Positions 43,523 through 57,474 of a stretch of 64,000 nucleotides of DNA are shown here, piece after piece (position 1 is the first letter of the stretch; every line of letters begins with the position of its first letter). This DNA is from the human T2T-CHM13v2.0 reference genome, Homo sapiens. Where the stretch lies: assembly GCF_009914755.1 (NCBI RefSeq), contig NC_060942.1; one strand, 5' to 3'. The position numbers and the translations under genes are program-made. The notes beneath the pieces were generated by a model that saw nothing but the letters and a program-made list of their open reading frames with translations, did no database searches and was not told the origin of the DNA.

Positions 43523-44078
43523 CAGGGTCCCCAACTTTTGGGATATGGACTGATACTGGTCTGTAGCCTGACAGGAACCAGGCTGCACAGCAGGAGGCGA
43601 GCAGCTGGCAAGTGAGCCAGTGAAGCTTCATCTGTATTTACAGCTGCTCTCCATCCCTTGGATTACTGCCCCAGCTCCAGCTCCTGTGAGATCAGTGGCA
43701 GCATTAGATTCTCATAGGAGCATGAACCCTATTGTGAACTGCACATGTGAGGGATCTTTGCACGTTCCTTATGAGAATCTAGGTTGCGTATTCCTTATGA
43801 GAATCTAATGCCTGATGATCTGTCACTGTCTCCCATCACCCCCAGATAGGACCATCCAGTTGCAGGAAAACAAGCTCAGGGCTCCCACTGATTCTACATT
43901 ATGGTGAGTTGTATAATTATTTCATTATATATTACAATGTAATAATAATAGAAATAAAGTGTACAATAAATGCAATACACTTGAGTCATCCCGAAACCAC
44001 TCCCTCCCCCAACGCCAGGTCCGTGGAAAAATTGTCTTTCATGAAACTGGTCCCTGGTGCCAAAAAGGTTGGGGACTG
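43523..44078. mobile_element. MER1A (hAT-Charlie DNA transposon)
   Basis: Terminal inverted repeats cagggtccccaac / gttggggactg, characteristic gcagcattagattctcataggagc body. Confidence 0.85.
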
Positions 44079-45988
44079 TGGCAATTGGATATTATATCCT
44101 TATTATCATTCTAATCATTAAGATTTTCAATAGACACAGAAGAAGAAAAAAACAAATCTTGGCCTAGAAGCTTTCATTTAAAAAGAACCTACATGAAACA
44201 GAATGGCAATTAGTTTCAAAGTTATCAAAACACAATAATAATTTAGTCCTTATTTCAATTAACAAATGGGAACTTAGGTATGGCTTGCTTACAAAGTACT
44301 CCTCAAAGCTTGTAATTAAAATTAATTAAATGTCAAATGCCCTACGAAACCTCATTAACTAGTGGAATCCTGAGTATATCTTTTTGTAGAGCAGTTATTT
44401 GGAAAAGTAAATAATCACTAAGCTTAAATATTAATACATCAGATTTAAGAAAATCTGTCTGTCAATACCTTTTCTAATATTAATATTTTACAGAGAGAAA
44501 AAGCCCAAAGACAAAATAAAATAAAAATGCAGAGTACAATCAATTCTTAGCTACTTTCCACAGCTTATTATCAACAAACATATTTTATGGCACTTTCTTA
44601 ACTTGGGCAGTCACGTGAGGCCCCTAATTCTGTAGGCTGGGCATATCCAAAGTAATGAGATCTGGCAGCACCAGGAGCTGGCCTGGCCAAGCCCGAGGAA
44701 GGGAGTCAGTTATCCAAGGCCACTTCTCACCTTTGATATTTCTGTGTTGGTTTGCCCGGGAATACCAGTTTCTTGACACTTGTTCACAGCCTTAGAGCCT
44801 CATGTGGCTTTTTCACAGGCACTCTAGTTCTTCAAAACCCCCGACTCTGCCACTAAAAGATTATGCTATTGGGATCCACAGGGTGCCAAGCATTTCTGGA
44901 GCTCTTTTTGGGGGCATATGATGATTACAAAGTTTGTGATGATTCCACAGTTAGGTAACTAAAACAGTACCTATCTTACCAAGTAGAAGTTTTAAAAGTC
45001 AGATTAAAAGAATGTTTTGCTATTTTTAAAACCAACTGTGTGTTTTTGTAATATCTTAGAAACCCAGCAGAATGAACTAGCACACCCACTTCTGGAATGG
45101 GAGGCTGACTGACCCCCGTGGTAGCTGGCTCTGCCCATCTGCTGTGGGGATGGATATGTCCACTCCCACCCACCTTCTGACTCTTTGGAGGGGACTTATG
45201 TACCTGGAAAGTGTGACTTCTTCTCTCCATCCCTTAGTCAAGGAAAGACAGTGGGAAAAAACCTCTAAACAGTGACTGTCTACCTGACTCTAAACTGGAA
45301 TCCATCCTATATTAAATTATTGCTACTATTTATTTTAAATGTTTACCGAGTGCCAGGGAGAAGTGCCAAGTTCTTCGCACAGTACAAAAATGCAGTGAAG
45401 ATGTTATTATCCCCACAGGAACTGACTCAGGGAGGTTAAATATTTTGTGCAAGGTATGAAGCTACAAAGTGGTAGCATGAGGATTGAAATCGATGTGCAG
45501 CTCTCAGATGCAATGCTGCACGCCTCTAATTATCTATCACATAGTGAGTGTTCTGCCTGTCTGAGGCAGATTCAGATGGCCCAACTGACTTCTCTATAGT
45601 TAAATCAGTTTTTTTTCAAGCACCTACTAGGCTAGGCCCATCAATCTGGCATTAAATTTACTCTTTAAGTCCCATTTTTCTCAAACACCAACAACACAGT
45701 GTGCTTCATTAAAGAAACTTTATGATGAACTTCCGGCCTTCTAACAATGAATGCGTGTTACCAACCCATCTTAAAACTTAGTCCCTAAACTCTGTTTCTC
45801 ACAAGCTGTGGGGCAACCCTGTCTAACACAAAGGTTCACAAATTCATCAACACTGCAGTAAAATTTAGTTGAAACCAGTGGTTCACAAAAGAGCTCCTTT
45901 TATCATTTTCCTTTTACCAGGAATTGCTATAATATCAACCACTATCCATAAGGGAATGTGTTTTTTTCTGTTCTTAAAGACAGATGGA

Positions 45989-46730
<742 letters not shown>

Positions 46731-46822
46731 AAGACAGATGGAGAACACTGATCACTGGGTGCTGGGGTCCCCAGATAGGACACTGCCACACAAATGGTTT
46801 TAGAAGAGCTGTGAACCTGCAG

Positions 46823-47004
46823 GGTTTTTGTTTGTTTGTTTGTTTTTCTGAGACTGAGTCTTGCTCTGTCACCCAGGCTGGAGTATAGTGGCACGATCTC
46901 AGCTCACTGTTGGCCAACTGGTCTTGAACTCCTGAGCTCAAGTGATCTGCCCACCTCGGCTTCCCAAAGTGCTGGGATTACAGGTGTGAGCCACGGTGCC
47001 AGGC
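46823..47004 (-). mobile_element. Alu with large internal deletion
   Basis: ctcagctcactg joined directly to ttggccaactggtcttgaac. TSD-like aacc(c)tgcag flanks. Confidence 0.8.
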
Positions 47005-47542
47005 TAACCCTGCAGTTTTGATAACCATTTGTAACTCATTGCATAGACGAGAACAGACTGGAAGTCAAATGATCTATTTATAGAATTTTGTGCAATATAA
47101 AGTCTTCCCAGCATTGCTCTCCAAAATGGCATTTTCTAAAGAGGGGGAAAAGAAGATTGCTCTTGAAGATTGCCTTTTGTAGAGTACATCTGGGTAAATA
47201 TTTTACATATCAGCCAATAACCAGAGAATCTAACTGATGAATAGAGGCCTGCAATATTATAAAATAGAGGATATGTTTAGAATAAACACATGGATCAATA
47301 AGGATAATCCACTTAAGAGGGACTGTCAGGTCATTCTGATCTGGGGGCACCTTGCAAAATTTTAAAAAGGGAAAATGCCAGACTGGGCATGCTCCCTCAG
47401 TTGGGCTCAGCTGCAACAGTTCTAGGGGTTGCATCTTGTCTATTTCTTGAACCAGGAACTGTTTACTTTTCCCTGGGACATTCCCGTGAGGAAGAGAACG
47501 GCCTCTCATATTCCAGAGAGGTTAGTGTCAGTGTTTTGTTTA

Positions 47543-47863
<321 letters not shown>

Positions 47864-48994
47864 GCATAAAAAATTATTAAACAATCTTTACAAAGAGATA
47901 AGAGGACTAGAGCATACAATTCTAGAGCATCAAATACAAAGATACAAGAGGACTAGAGCATCAAATGCAAGTTAATATACAAGATATATTAACAAAATAC
48001 ATGAATGGGATTAAACGGATGACTCTGCCCCCAAGGATTTTCTGGTTGGCTCACGATGTAGTTTCCCTGTTTAAGATACAAACAGAAAAGGGCTGATGAG
48101 CAGAGCCCGGAGGATGCCAGAGCTGCAGCACAACTTGGGAGGAAGACACCCTTTCTTTGACTGCCATGGCACCTTCTATTTCTAAGGACCTGGTGAGAGA
48201 TGTCACCTTCCCAGCTAATATCTAGCTGGTGAACTTTCAAGGGAAGCCAACATCTTTAATTACTGGGTAGGATAGTTGGCTGGACACATGGCACATCTCT
48301 CTCCCAAGACTCATTCCACCGGAACTATCCAAATAACTTTTACTTAATTCTGTGGGAGCACTTAAATTTATGCCCCATTAAAGTTCCCTTTTGAAAATTA
48401 CAAGCTGAAGCCACATCTAACAACTATGATGTTCTCTGGATCCCACGCACATCCTAAAAATGGAAAATTCATTTCATGGTCACAGAACCAATAAAAAATA
48501 TGACTTCATTTGAAATGCCTAATTTTTTTAAAAAAAACAAATTAAATGATTTCAGGTGTTTATAAAAAATCTTTAGGTTTATAGCAATCTACAAACACTG
48601 GACACGCTCTGAAAAGATTCTCTTATGTCATAAGAAGTTACAGCTTAGACTGGAGGCCAAATTTTTTTTTCTTCTGTGAGATTTGCTTTTAGTTTCAAAT
48701 TTAGCATTTCTTTTTTAGTACCAAGGGCAAAGCTGGACCTCTTAATATTTATGTTCTTACTCATCTTTCATTAGCCACAGAAAAAACAAGTGATGCTAGT
48801 TTCCTACCTCTAGACTTGGTTACATAAATGACCCTGGGTGTGACCATCTCAGATGAGTCTGTAAGTCAATCAGCAAACATGAGTCCCCACTGTGTGCCAG
48901 GTAGGACCTAAGTTCAATAGGAAAAGCTCATGCAGTCATGTTTCTATTGAAGGTCAGAGCCCCAACCTTCAAGTAACATGAAATACATAGCTGA

Positions 48995-49344
<350 letters not shown>

Positions 49345-50615
49345 CGCCCCCTTACTTTTTACCCGGCTTTTGATGAACATTCTTAGGGAATTGCTGACAT
49401 AAACCCAAGGGCCAAGGACCCCGGCTCCACCATTAAGTTCCCCAAATAGTCCATGATATTTAGTGAATACAGGGATCTCTGGGCTTGTGCCTGATGGTCC
49501 CCAGAGGATCCTGTAAGGATCAAGGGCAAGTCCAGACCTGTAGCTGCTGGGGAGCTCTCAAGCCCTGCAACAGAGGGCCAGAGGTGGGTCCTCTCTCAGG
49601 AAAGCTCTGCAGCAATGAGGGCTCTTTATGGACAGCTAAGCGTGGAGCCTGGCACAAACTGCTGCCTGACACCCAGGGCTGTCCATGCCCTGGCACCAGC
49701 CTTTCAGCCACCACTGCCCTTCCTGCACCCTATCCAGCCCTATTCAACTGCCCCACAGAACTTCTTGTTTTCCCTCTTACATGCTTAAAGCTGCCCCAGC
49801 TTCCAGCTCGTTGCTCATGCTGCTCTGTCCGGAATGTCCTTCTTTCTCATCTCTCTACTCTTCCAATTCAGGTACATTTTCTAAACTCATTTAAAATGTC
49901 ATAATCTCCATGGAGGCTCCTCTCATTCATCCCGCGACTAGAAGTTTCTCTGTCTCTTCTGAATTCTCCACACATTATCTCTCTCTTGTTTTCCTATTGT
50001 TTATCACCTTTTAACTTGTATTAACAGTCATTGCTTTTCATCTGTTACCTTCCCTGTAAAACTGAGACGTACGAGGGGATAGAGTCCAGGTTTTCTTGAT
50101 GATTGTATTTCTAGCATCTAGCCTAGTAATTCCATAGTTTTTAAAAACCCGGTTCTGCATAGCCCCAGGGTTCCAGAAAGGTGTCCTAAGATCACCCGGT
50201 AGGGGCAAAGAGTGGGCAGGGACCCAAGGAAGACCCCTTCCCCACAATCTGTGCTTTGGTCAGGTAGGTTTTGATTTGAACTCTTCTATATATTGGGATT
50301 CATGTAATTCTTTTAAAAAGGATTCTTCTAGAGATAGAAAAAAGAAAGCCACTGTAATAGATACTGTCAAATAAATTAATAGAATTACACTTAATACCTC
50401 TAGCCCTTTCTCCCTCAGGGATAATGAAATTCAGTGATCAAAAATGAGTAGCAAAGGTTCAGAGTGGCTGCCAATTGAAGAACATGGTCAAAATAGAGGG
50501 CCCTTTCTCTTGTTCTAAACAGAACTGTACCAAAATTTTAGTTTTACATTAGAATCAAGCTCTGAATGAGTTATGTTTAAGGTGTTAAATAGAACTACCC
50601 TGGCACCTGGTTCTG

Positions 50616-50616
<1 letters not shown>

Positions 50617-50655
<39 letters not shown>
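50617..50655. repeat. (GT)n microsatellite, about 19 units
   Basis: Seen directly. Confidence 0.95.
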
Positions 50656-50658
<3 letters not shown>

Positions 50659-50729
50659 ATACATTAGCACATCCGCTATGCTTTGATCTCAGTGTAACTT
50701 CAGGGATATAGGAAAGAGTTATAAGTGAG

Positions 50730-51160
50730 GCTACTGCCTCTTGATTTTCCTCTGCTTCCCCTCCCACCACCAAATAAATTTACTCCTCCTTCAGTCTTCC
50801 CCATCACAGTAAATGACACTAATATCCATTCTGTTGCCCAGGCTAAAAATCTAGGAGTTTTCTTTGATTGCTCTCTTTTCTTCATGCCTGACATCCAACT
50901 CACAAGTAAATATTGTTGGGTTTACCTATGAAACAGTCTGAAGCAGCCGTCTCTCTCTGCCAGCCACTACCAGCTGCCACGGTTTAGGGCCTTACCACCT
51001 CGCACCTACCTTAATGCAGTCGCCTCTTCTCTGCTTCCCACCTTCTACTCTCTCCTCCCTATTATCCATTCTCCGGGCAGCAGCAAAAGTCATGTTTAAA
51101 ACTCTCCTGTTAAAAACTCTCCAAGAGGTTCTCATCAGACATAGAGTAAAACTCTAATTC
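50730..51160 (+). mobile_element. L2 fragment
   Basis: tcttccccatcacagtaaatgacactaatatccattctgttgcccaggctaaaaatctaggagt is typical L2. Confidence 0.7.
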
Positions 51161-51326
51161 CTAAATGGTCAAAATAATCAAGCTAGCATGTGTATCTCAC
51201 TCCAAACTAAACAAATTTGCTCACTCTGCAATCTTCAGTTGGGGAGTTTTAAGAAAATAAATTAGTGGATGACTGAGCAGAGAGACAGAAAGACTGGCAC
51301 CGCATTCAAAAACAGAAATGACTTAC

Positions 51327-52499
51327 GGCTTCAGATTTGGGAGGCACTGGAGGTGGAGGTAGGGCAGTATCTGAAGACTTCACTGCTGCTCCCAGAGTCC
51401 CAGGGATGGGAAGAGGAGAAGTCGCACATTTGGATCGGACAGAACCTCTAAACTGATCACATCTGTTCTTCTCGCTCAGAGAGCGAGTGAGAGGCTGATG
51501 GCTGGGCTTGCCTTCCTCCAGCCACAGCTCTTCGTAGGGAAGTTCTGACTTTCCCGGGATGCCTGCTGATTCTTCACTAGCTTCTGGGAAAAGGTAGTCG
51601 CTCCCACTATCTCCAGAGTCCTGATAGGGCAGGATGTCATGAGGAAAGGGAGCCCAATCTCCCCCCAGGTCCCTGCAACCATGAAGGTTCACCTCACTGT
51701 TGCCATGGAGATTGTTGCCATACACACAGACCGAGAGTCGGTGGAAGGACTGGGTGAGCTCATCGCGGGCGTAGCTGAGCGAATTGGGCACGTGGTTGTG
51801 GCCAGAGCACCGACCCTTCTTGGGGCTCTTGCATTCTTCATTCCAGTCGGTTTTCACATCACGGACAGCCCGTGAATACTCATCGATGTCGAACTGTTCT
51901 TGGCAGATACCTAGCCAGTGATGGACCAGGGTTTCGGGCCAGCTCTCTCCCTTCACCAGGTGTTCTGGGAGGCTGAACTTGGGGACAGTCAAGTGCAAAG
52001 GAAAGTGCATGGGGAGGATCTTGTTGTTCCGCAGCACACAGCAAACCACCACCGTCTTGGTCTGGATGTTCACAAACTTATAGCGGTGCCCCTCACGGAT
52101 GAAGTGGAGGTCGTATGGGTTTCTCGGTGGAGGGCTTGGCACAGTCACATTCACAGGAAGCCTGGTTTTCTCCACAATGTTGCGGATGGTGTGTTCGCCC
52201 TCTTGCATCTGAAGTTCCAGGGGACTTCGGGTGCTAAATCTGCCCTTGCACTGGAATGGAAGGCTAATGCTTTCGTTGGTCCGGTGATTCATACAAATGA
52301 GGCACGGCATTTTGCCTTTTCCCAGCTTGCTGATGGAATTGAGCTTCCCAATCTTTTTGAAGATTGTGTTGAGTCGTGACTTTTCCTTGAATGTCTTTGC
52401 ATAAAGGATTTCTGCCTGCCCCATTAGAGTGAGTTCATCCCCAGTACACAGGGTGATGTTGTAAACTTCAGTGTCTTCATTGCATTCACCTGAAGCAAC
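51327..52499 (-). CDS. GAREM1: GAREM1 large internal coding exon (exon 4 by recall; C-terminal part of the CABIT domain, ELPYEELW tyrosine motif, PPPPVPPK proline-rich motif)
   Basis: Acceptor ttatattgtag|GTT GCT TCA GGT at 52499 and donor GAA GCC|gtaagt at 51327. 1173 nt open frame containing the 372-aa track ORF 51306..52424. Protein recognised as GAREM1. Confidence 0.97.
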
Positions 52500-53364
52500 C
52501 TACAATATAATAAATCACATTTTACGTTCATTTCCTTTGATCTATTCACGCAAAGAACTTCCTATTAAGACACACACAAATACACACACAGAGGAAAATG
52601 CTGCGCTTTTCTTTAATACTAAATTTAGACACCTCATTTCTTTTATTATACTTACGTGATTAACAATAACTACTATTTGTTCAAGATGATATTAGTTTAG
52701 AATCTTATAAACATCTCTTTTCTCTATATATGCAGAGTAATCTATCATATGGATACTAACAGGGATATTGTCATTTTTTCTTTTGCAGTTATAAATGTTT
52801 TCATGAATGCTGATGTAGAAAATTCCTTGTTTTTTATTATTTAAATTTTAATTTTTTACTTTTTAAAATTTTATTAAATTTTTAAAATTTGAAATTGAGA
52901 AAAAGAACTTAAAAATGTGGTATTTCTCAATTTTTTAAAAAATTATACATCCATTATTTAATTGGAAGAAATATTAAAAATACAAATATAAAAATGAAGA
53001 ACTTCTATACTATCTTATCACTAAAGATAATCTGTCAAATATAAATAGAAAAAAGAAACAGAATTGATCCATCTATCTCAGAGATACAAATAGATACATA
53101 TATACACAATTCTGTTACCTGAGTTTCTAACTGTATCCATTTCCCCCGGGCATATCCTTCATCAATAGTAATACTAACCTAATGTATTCCATTTTGTATG
53201 AATGTGCATTATTTGACTAGTTCCTTACTGTAAAATAAAAATATAGATGGATTTTTCCAATGTCTAGCAATTATAAATAGTACTGCAATGAACTTTTTTA
53301 CAGCTCAATTATTTCCTTAGGATAAAGTACTAGAAAAACTGCAGGGACAAAAGCTACGCATATA

Positions 53365-53538
53365 TTTGTTTTTTTGTTTTGTTTTGTTTTGTTTTTGAAG
53401 ACAGGATCTTGCTGCCCAGGCTGGAGTGCAGCAGCATGATCACAGCTCACTGCAGCCTTGACCTCCCAAGCTTAAGGAATCCTCCCACCTAACCCTCCCA
53501 AGTATCTGAGACTACAGGTGTGAGCCACCACACCTGGC
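53365..53538 (-). mobile_element. Alu monomer (FRAM/AluJ)
   Basis: (GTTTT)n tail, gctgcccaggctggagtgcag...cacacctggc. Confidence 0.8.
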
Positions 53539-53951
53539 TAATATGCATATATTTGAAAGGTCTAATATGCACTGCCCACTGTGTTTTCATCAATGTTATA
53601 CTTATTTATACTTTTATCACTTTATGAAATTATGTCTCCCTACACTCACACTGAAGTTTATTTCATGCTTACCAGCATGAGAGGTAAAGCATGCATGCTG
53701 AATATATTTTAAATATATTTATTGGTATATTCATTTTTCAGTATTTATCTAATTATTTAGATCTCTTACTGATTACTTTTTGTGTAAATGAAAATGTCAT
53801 TTGTGCTATGTATTCTTCCATTTGTTGTTTGAATTGCAATTTTATAGCTTAACTATTAAAGTTGTTTTTTTTAAAATGTAGTCAATATTTTCAAAATTTT
53901 CCTTTGTGATTTCATTCTTGGGTGCTATGCTTCTAGCTGAGATGATATAGA

Positions 53952-54162
53952 TTCATGATTCTGAACCAGGGGTGACTATACCCACTAGGGGGCAATGTTT
54001 GGAGACAGCTTTGATTGCCATGACTGGGGAAGCTGCTGTTTGCATCTAGTGGGTAGAGGCCAGGGAAGCTGCTCAATATGCTATAATGCCCAGGACAGCT
54101 CCCCACAGCAAAGAATTAGCCAGTGCAAAAATATCAGTGGTGCTGAGGTTGAGAAACGCTGG
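53952..54162. mobile_element. MER20 (hAT) element
   Basis: ggggtgact...caatgtttggagacagctttgattgccatgactgggg...gcatctagtgggtagaggccaggga...gaggttgagaaac. Confidence 0.82.
53982..53994 (+). promoter_or_regulatory. Candidate CTCF site CCACTAGGGGGCA within MER20
   Basis: Exact match to the core consensus CCASYAGRKGGCR. Binding not shown. Confidence 0.5.
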
Positions 54163-54724
54163 TATAATTACCAGTGTTTTCTTTTAATACTTTGCTATGT
54201 ATCTCTATTTTTTGAATCCTAACCACTAGCCCAACAGGGAATGTAACTGTATTTACTCTGGTGGCTTATTTAAGGTAGGTTTTTTTTTGTGTGTGTGTGT
54301 AAGTTAACTGAGTGTTGAGTGCACTTCCTAAAGAGTCATCCCTTTCATCACTAATTTGCAGTGTCACTTTTACTGTATACTAATATTATATACTTTTATA
54401 TCATAAATTAAAAATATATAAAGTATTATATACTAAGTTCATAAAATACATTCAAATATATACCTATATTTGCATTTATTTTCAGGCCATTTATCTTAGC
54501 GACCTTTCTATTTTCCCACTGTAACTATATTGTTTTTGTGTCTTCATCTTATATTTTCAGATCTGATAACAAAAGCCCTGACTTGTGTTTATTCTGACTC
54601 AAAAAGTATGTGGATGGCAGAAAACAAGAGAAATAAAGTCAAAAGTCAAATGACAGACTGAAGATATCTGCAAAACATATCACAGATAAAGAGCTAATAT
54701 CTCTAATATACAAGCAGCTTTTTA

Positions 54725-54990
<266 letters not shown>

Positions 54991-55796
54991 CTAACAAGAT
55001 GTACAATGGCTTTCAAACCTATGAAAAGATGTTCAACTTCTTTCCTCTAAGAGAAATGCCAATTAAAATTATACTAAGATACCACTTCTTACCTAACATA
55101 TTGATTAAAAATTCAGAAGCTTGACATCACACTCAGTTGGTAAGGCTATGGGGTAAAAAGCATCCTTGTCCATAGCTGGTGAGAATACAGCATGATACAA
55201 CCCGTGTGGCAGGGAATTTGGCAATATCAAGTCAAATAACATATGCATTTATCCCTCCATCCAGCAATCCTACATCTAGGAATTTACCCTGAAGACATTC
55301 CTCCAACAATATGAAAGTACACATGTATAAGGTTATTCACTGCAGCATTATTTGTCTTTGCAAAATATTGGAACTCATCTAAATGCTTAAATATAGGAGG
55401 CTGACTGAATAAACTACGGTACACACACTTCCTGGTACTATGCAAAAGACAATGAGAATAATGAATCCAAGGAATGCATATGAAATGACTTTCAAGAATA
55501 TATTGTTAAATAAAAAAAAATAAAGTGCAAAAAAAGTTTATACAGTATACTTTTTTTTTGTTTAAGAAGAAAGGAAAAATTAGTATATACATTTTCTTTT
55601 TATTTTTGTTACCAAAAAAAAAAAAAAAAACCAAAAACATGCACAAGGAAAAACAGAAAACAATGAAACTGGTTACTTACTGGAGCTAGGGACAAGGGAG
55701 GAAATGATACCTTTCTGAGTATACCTTGCCACAGAGTTTTGACTGCAAGGATGTATACTAATGTGCTACATATTTTAAAAATTAGGTCAACAAGAA

Positions 55797-56648
55797 TTTT
55801 TTTTTTATTATAAGTTCTGGGATATGTGTGCAGAACGTTCAGGTTTATTACGTAGGTATACAAGTGCCATGGTGGTTTGCAGTACCCATCAAACCATCAT
55901 TTACATTAGGTATTTCTCCTAATGCTATCTTCTCTCCCTTAGCCCCCCACCCCCCAACAGGCCCCGGTGTGTGATGTTCCCCCAGTGTCCATGTGATCTC
56001 ATTGTTAACTCCCACTTATGAGTCAGAACATGCAGTGTTTGGTTTTCTGTTCCTGCGTTAATTTGCTGAGAATGATAGTTTCCAGCTTCATCCATGTCTC
56101 TGCAAAGGACACGAACTCATCCTTTTTTATGGCTGCATAGTATTCCATGGTATATATCTGCCACATTTTCTTTATCCAGTCTATCATTGATGGGCATTTG
56201 AGTTGGCTCCAAGTCTCTGCTATTGTGAACAGTGCTGCAATAAATATACATGTGCATCTGTCTTTATAGCAGAATGATTTATAATCCTTTGGGTATATAC
56301 CCAGTAATGGGATTGCTGGGTCAAATGGTATTTCTGGTTCTAGATCCTTGAGGAATCACCACACTGTCTTCCACAATGGTTGAACTAATTTACACTCCTA
56401 CCAACAGTGTAAAAGCATTCCTATTTCTCCACATCCTTTCCAGCATCTGTTGTTTCCTGATTTTTAAATGACTGCCATTCTAACTGGCATGAGATGGTAT
56501 CTCATTGTGGTTTTGATTTGCATTTCTCTAATGACCAGTGATGATGATTTTTTTTTTCATATGTTTGTTGGCTGCATAAATGTCTTCTTTTGAGAAGTGT
56601 TTGTTCATATCCTTCACCCACTTTTTGATGGGGTTGTTTTTTTCTTGT
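55797..56648 (-). mobile_element. L1PA (L1PA7-like) 5'-truncated 3' end
   Basis: ataagttctgggatatgtgtgcagaacg...gggtatatacccagtaatgggattgctgggtcaaatggtatttct. Confidence 0.88.
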
Positions 56649-56770
56649 TAATGTAAGTTATTTTAAAACTGAATGCAAATGGAAACAAATGCAAAATCCA
56701 ACTGTTTTTTAAATCAACAAAATAACCATTCTGGGGAAAGAGAAAATCCAAGTACCTTTGGAATGCTGTC

Positions 56771-57121
56771 TGATATGGTTTGGCTGTGACCCCAACCAAA
56801 TCTCACCTGGAATTGTAATAATCCCCACTTGTCAAGGACGGGACCAGGTGAAGATAATTGAATCATGGGGATGGTTTCCCCCAAGCTGTTCTCGTGATAG
56901 TGAGTTCTCACGAGATATCATGGTTTTATAAGGGGCTTCCCACATTGCTGGGCACTCATTCTCTCTCCTGTCGCCCTGTGAAGAGGTGCCTTTCTCCATG
57001 AGGGCAAGTTTCCAGAGGCCTCCCCAGCCATGCAGAACTGTGAGTCAATTAAATCTGTTTGCTTTATAAATTACCCAATCTTGAACAGTTCTTTATAGGA
57101 GTTTGAGAATGGACTAATACA
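56771..57121 (+). mobile_element. THE1 (THE1D-like) solo LTR
   Basis: TGATATGGTTTGGCTGTG...GAGAATGGACTAATACA, about 350 bp. Confidence 0.88.
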
Positions 57122-57413
57122 CTTTGACCATATAATGCCAGTAGGGAAAAAAAGACCAATAAATATTCTGATCCTTTTGGTAGATTTGTTTTTCATAGGG
57201 ATATGGGTAGAGAAACTCTGAGTCAAATTTATTTGTATTGTAAGATTGAATGAATGGCTAAATATATTGATGTCTTGCGAGTTACAGAGATTGCATTTTG
57301 GAAGGAGAGACAGAAATACGGAATGAAGAAGACCAGGAAAGGCAAGACAGAGCTCCTTGGGGTTTGGATTGAAATTAGAGGTATCTGTACTAACTCACAC
57401 TTTTCAGCAGTTA

Positions 57414-57474
57414 TACACACAGACACACATAGACACACAGACACACACACACACACACAGACACACACACACAC
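57414..57474. repeat. Imperfect (CA)n microsatellite
   Basis: Seen directly. Confidence 0.9.

Noticed and set aside
49485-49904. 139-aa plus-strand ORF
   Set aside because: Non-ATG start, no recognisable domain, runs into L2-like degenerate sequence.
51306-51326. Read-through of the large exon into the intron (VSHFCF-stop) as an alternative C-terminus
   Set aside because: Strong GTAAGT donor and no clear nearby poly(A) signal on that strand.
51850-51870. REST/RE1-like CACGGACAGC in the exon
   Set aside because: Left half-site matches poorly; explained by coding sequence.
51918-52379. 153-aa plus-strand ORF (and 51639..51875) antisense to the large exon
   Set aside because: Typical shadow ORF of a GC-rich coding exon; no independent gene signals.
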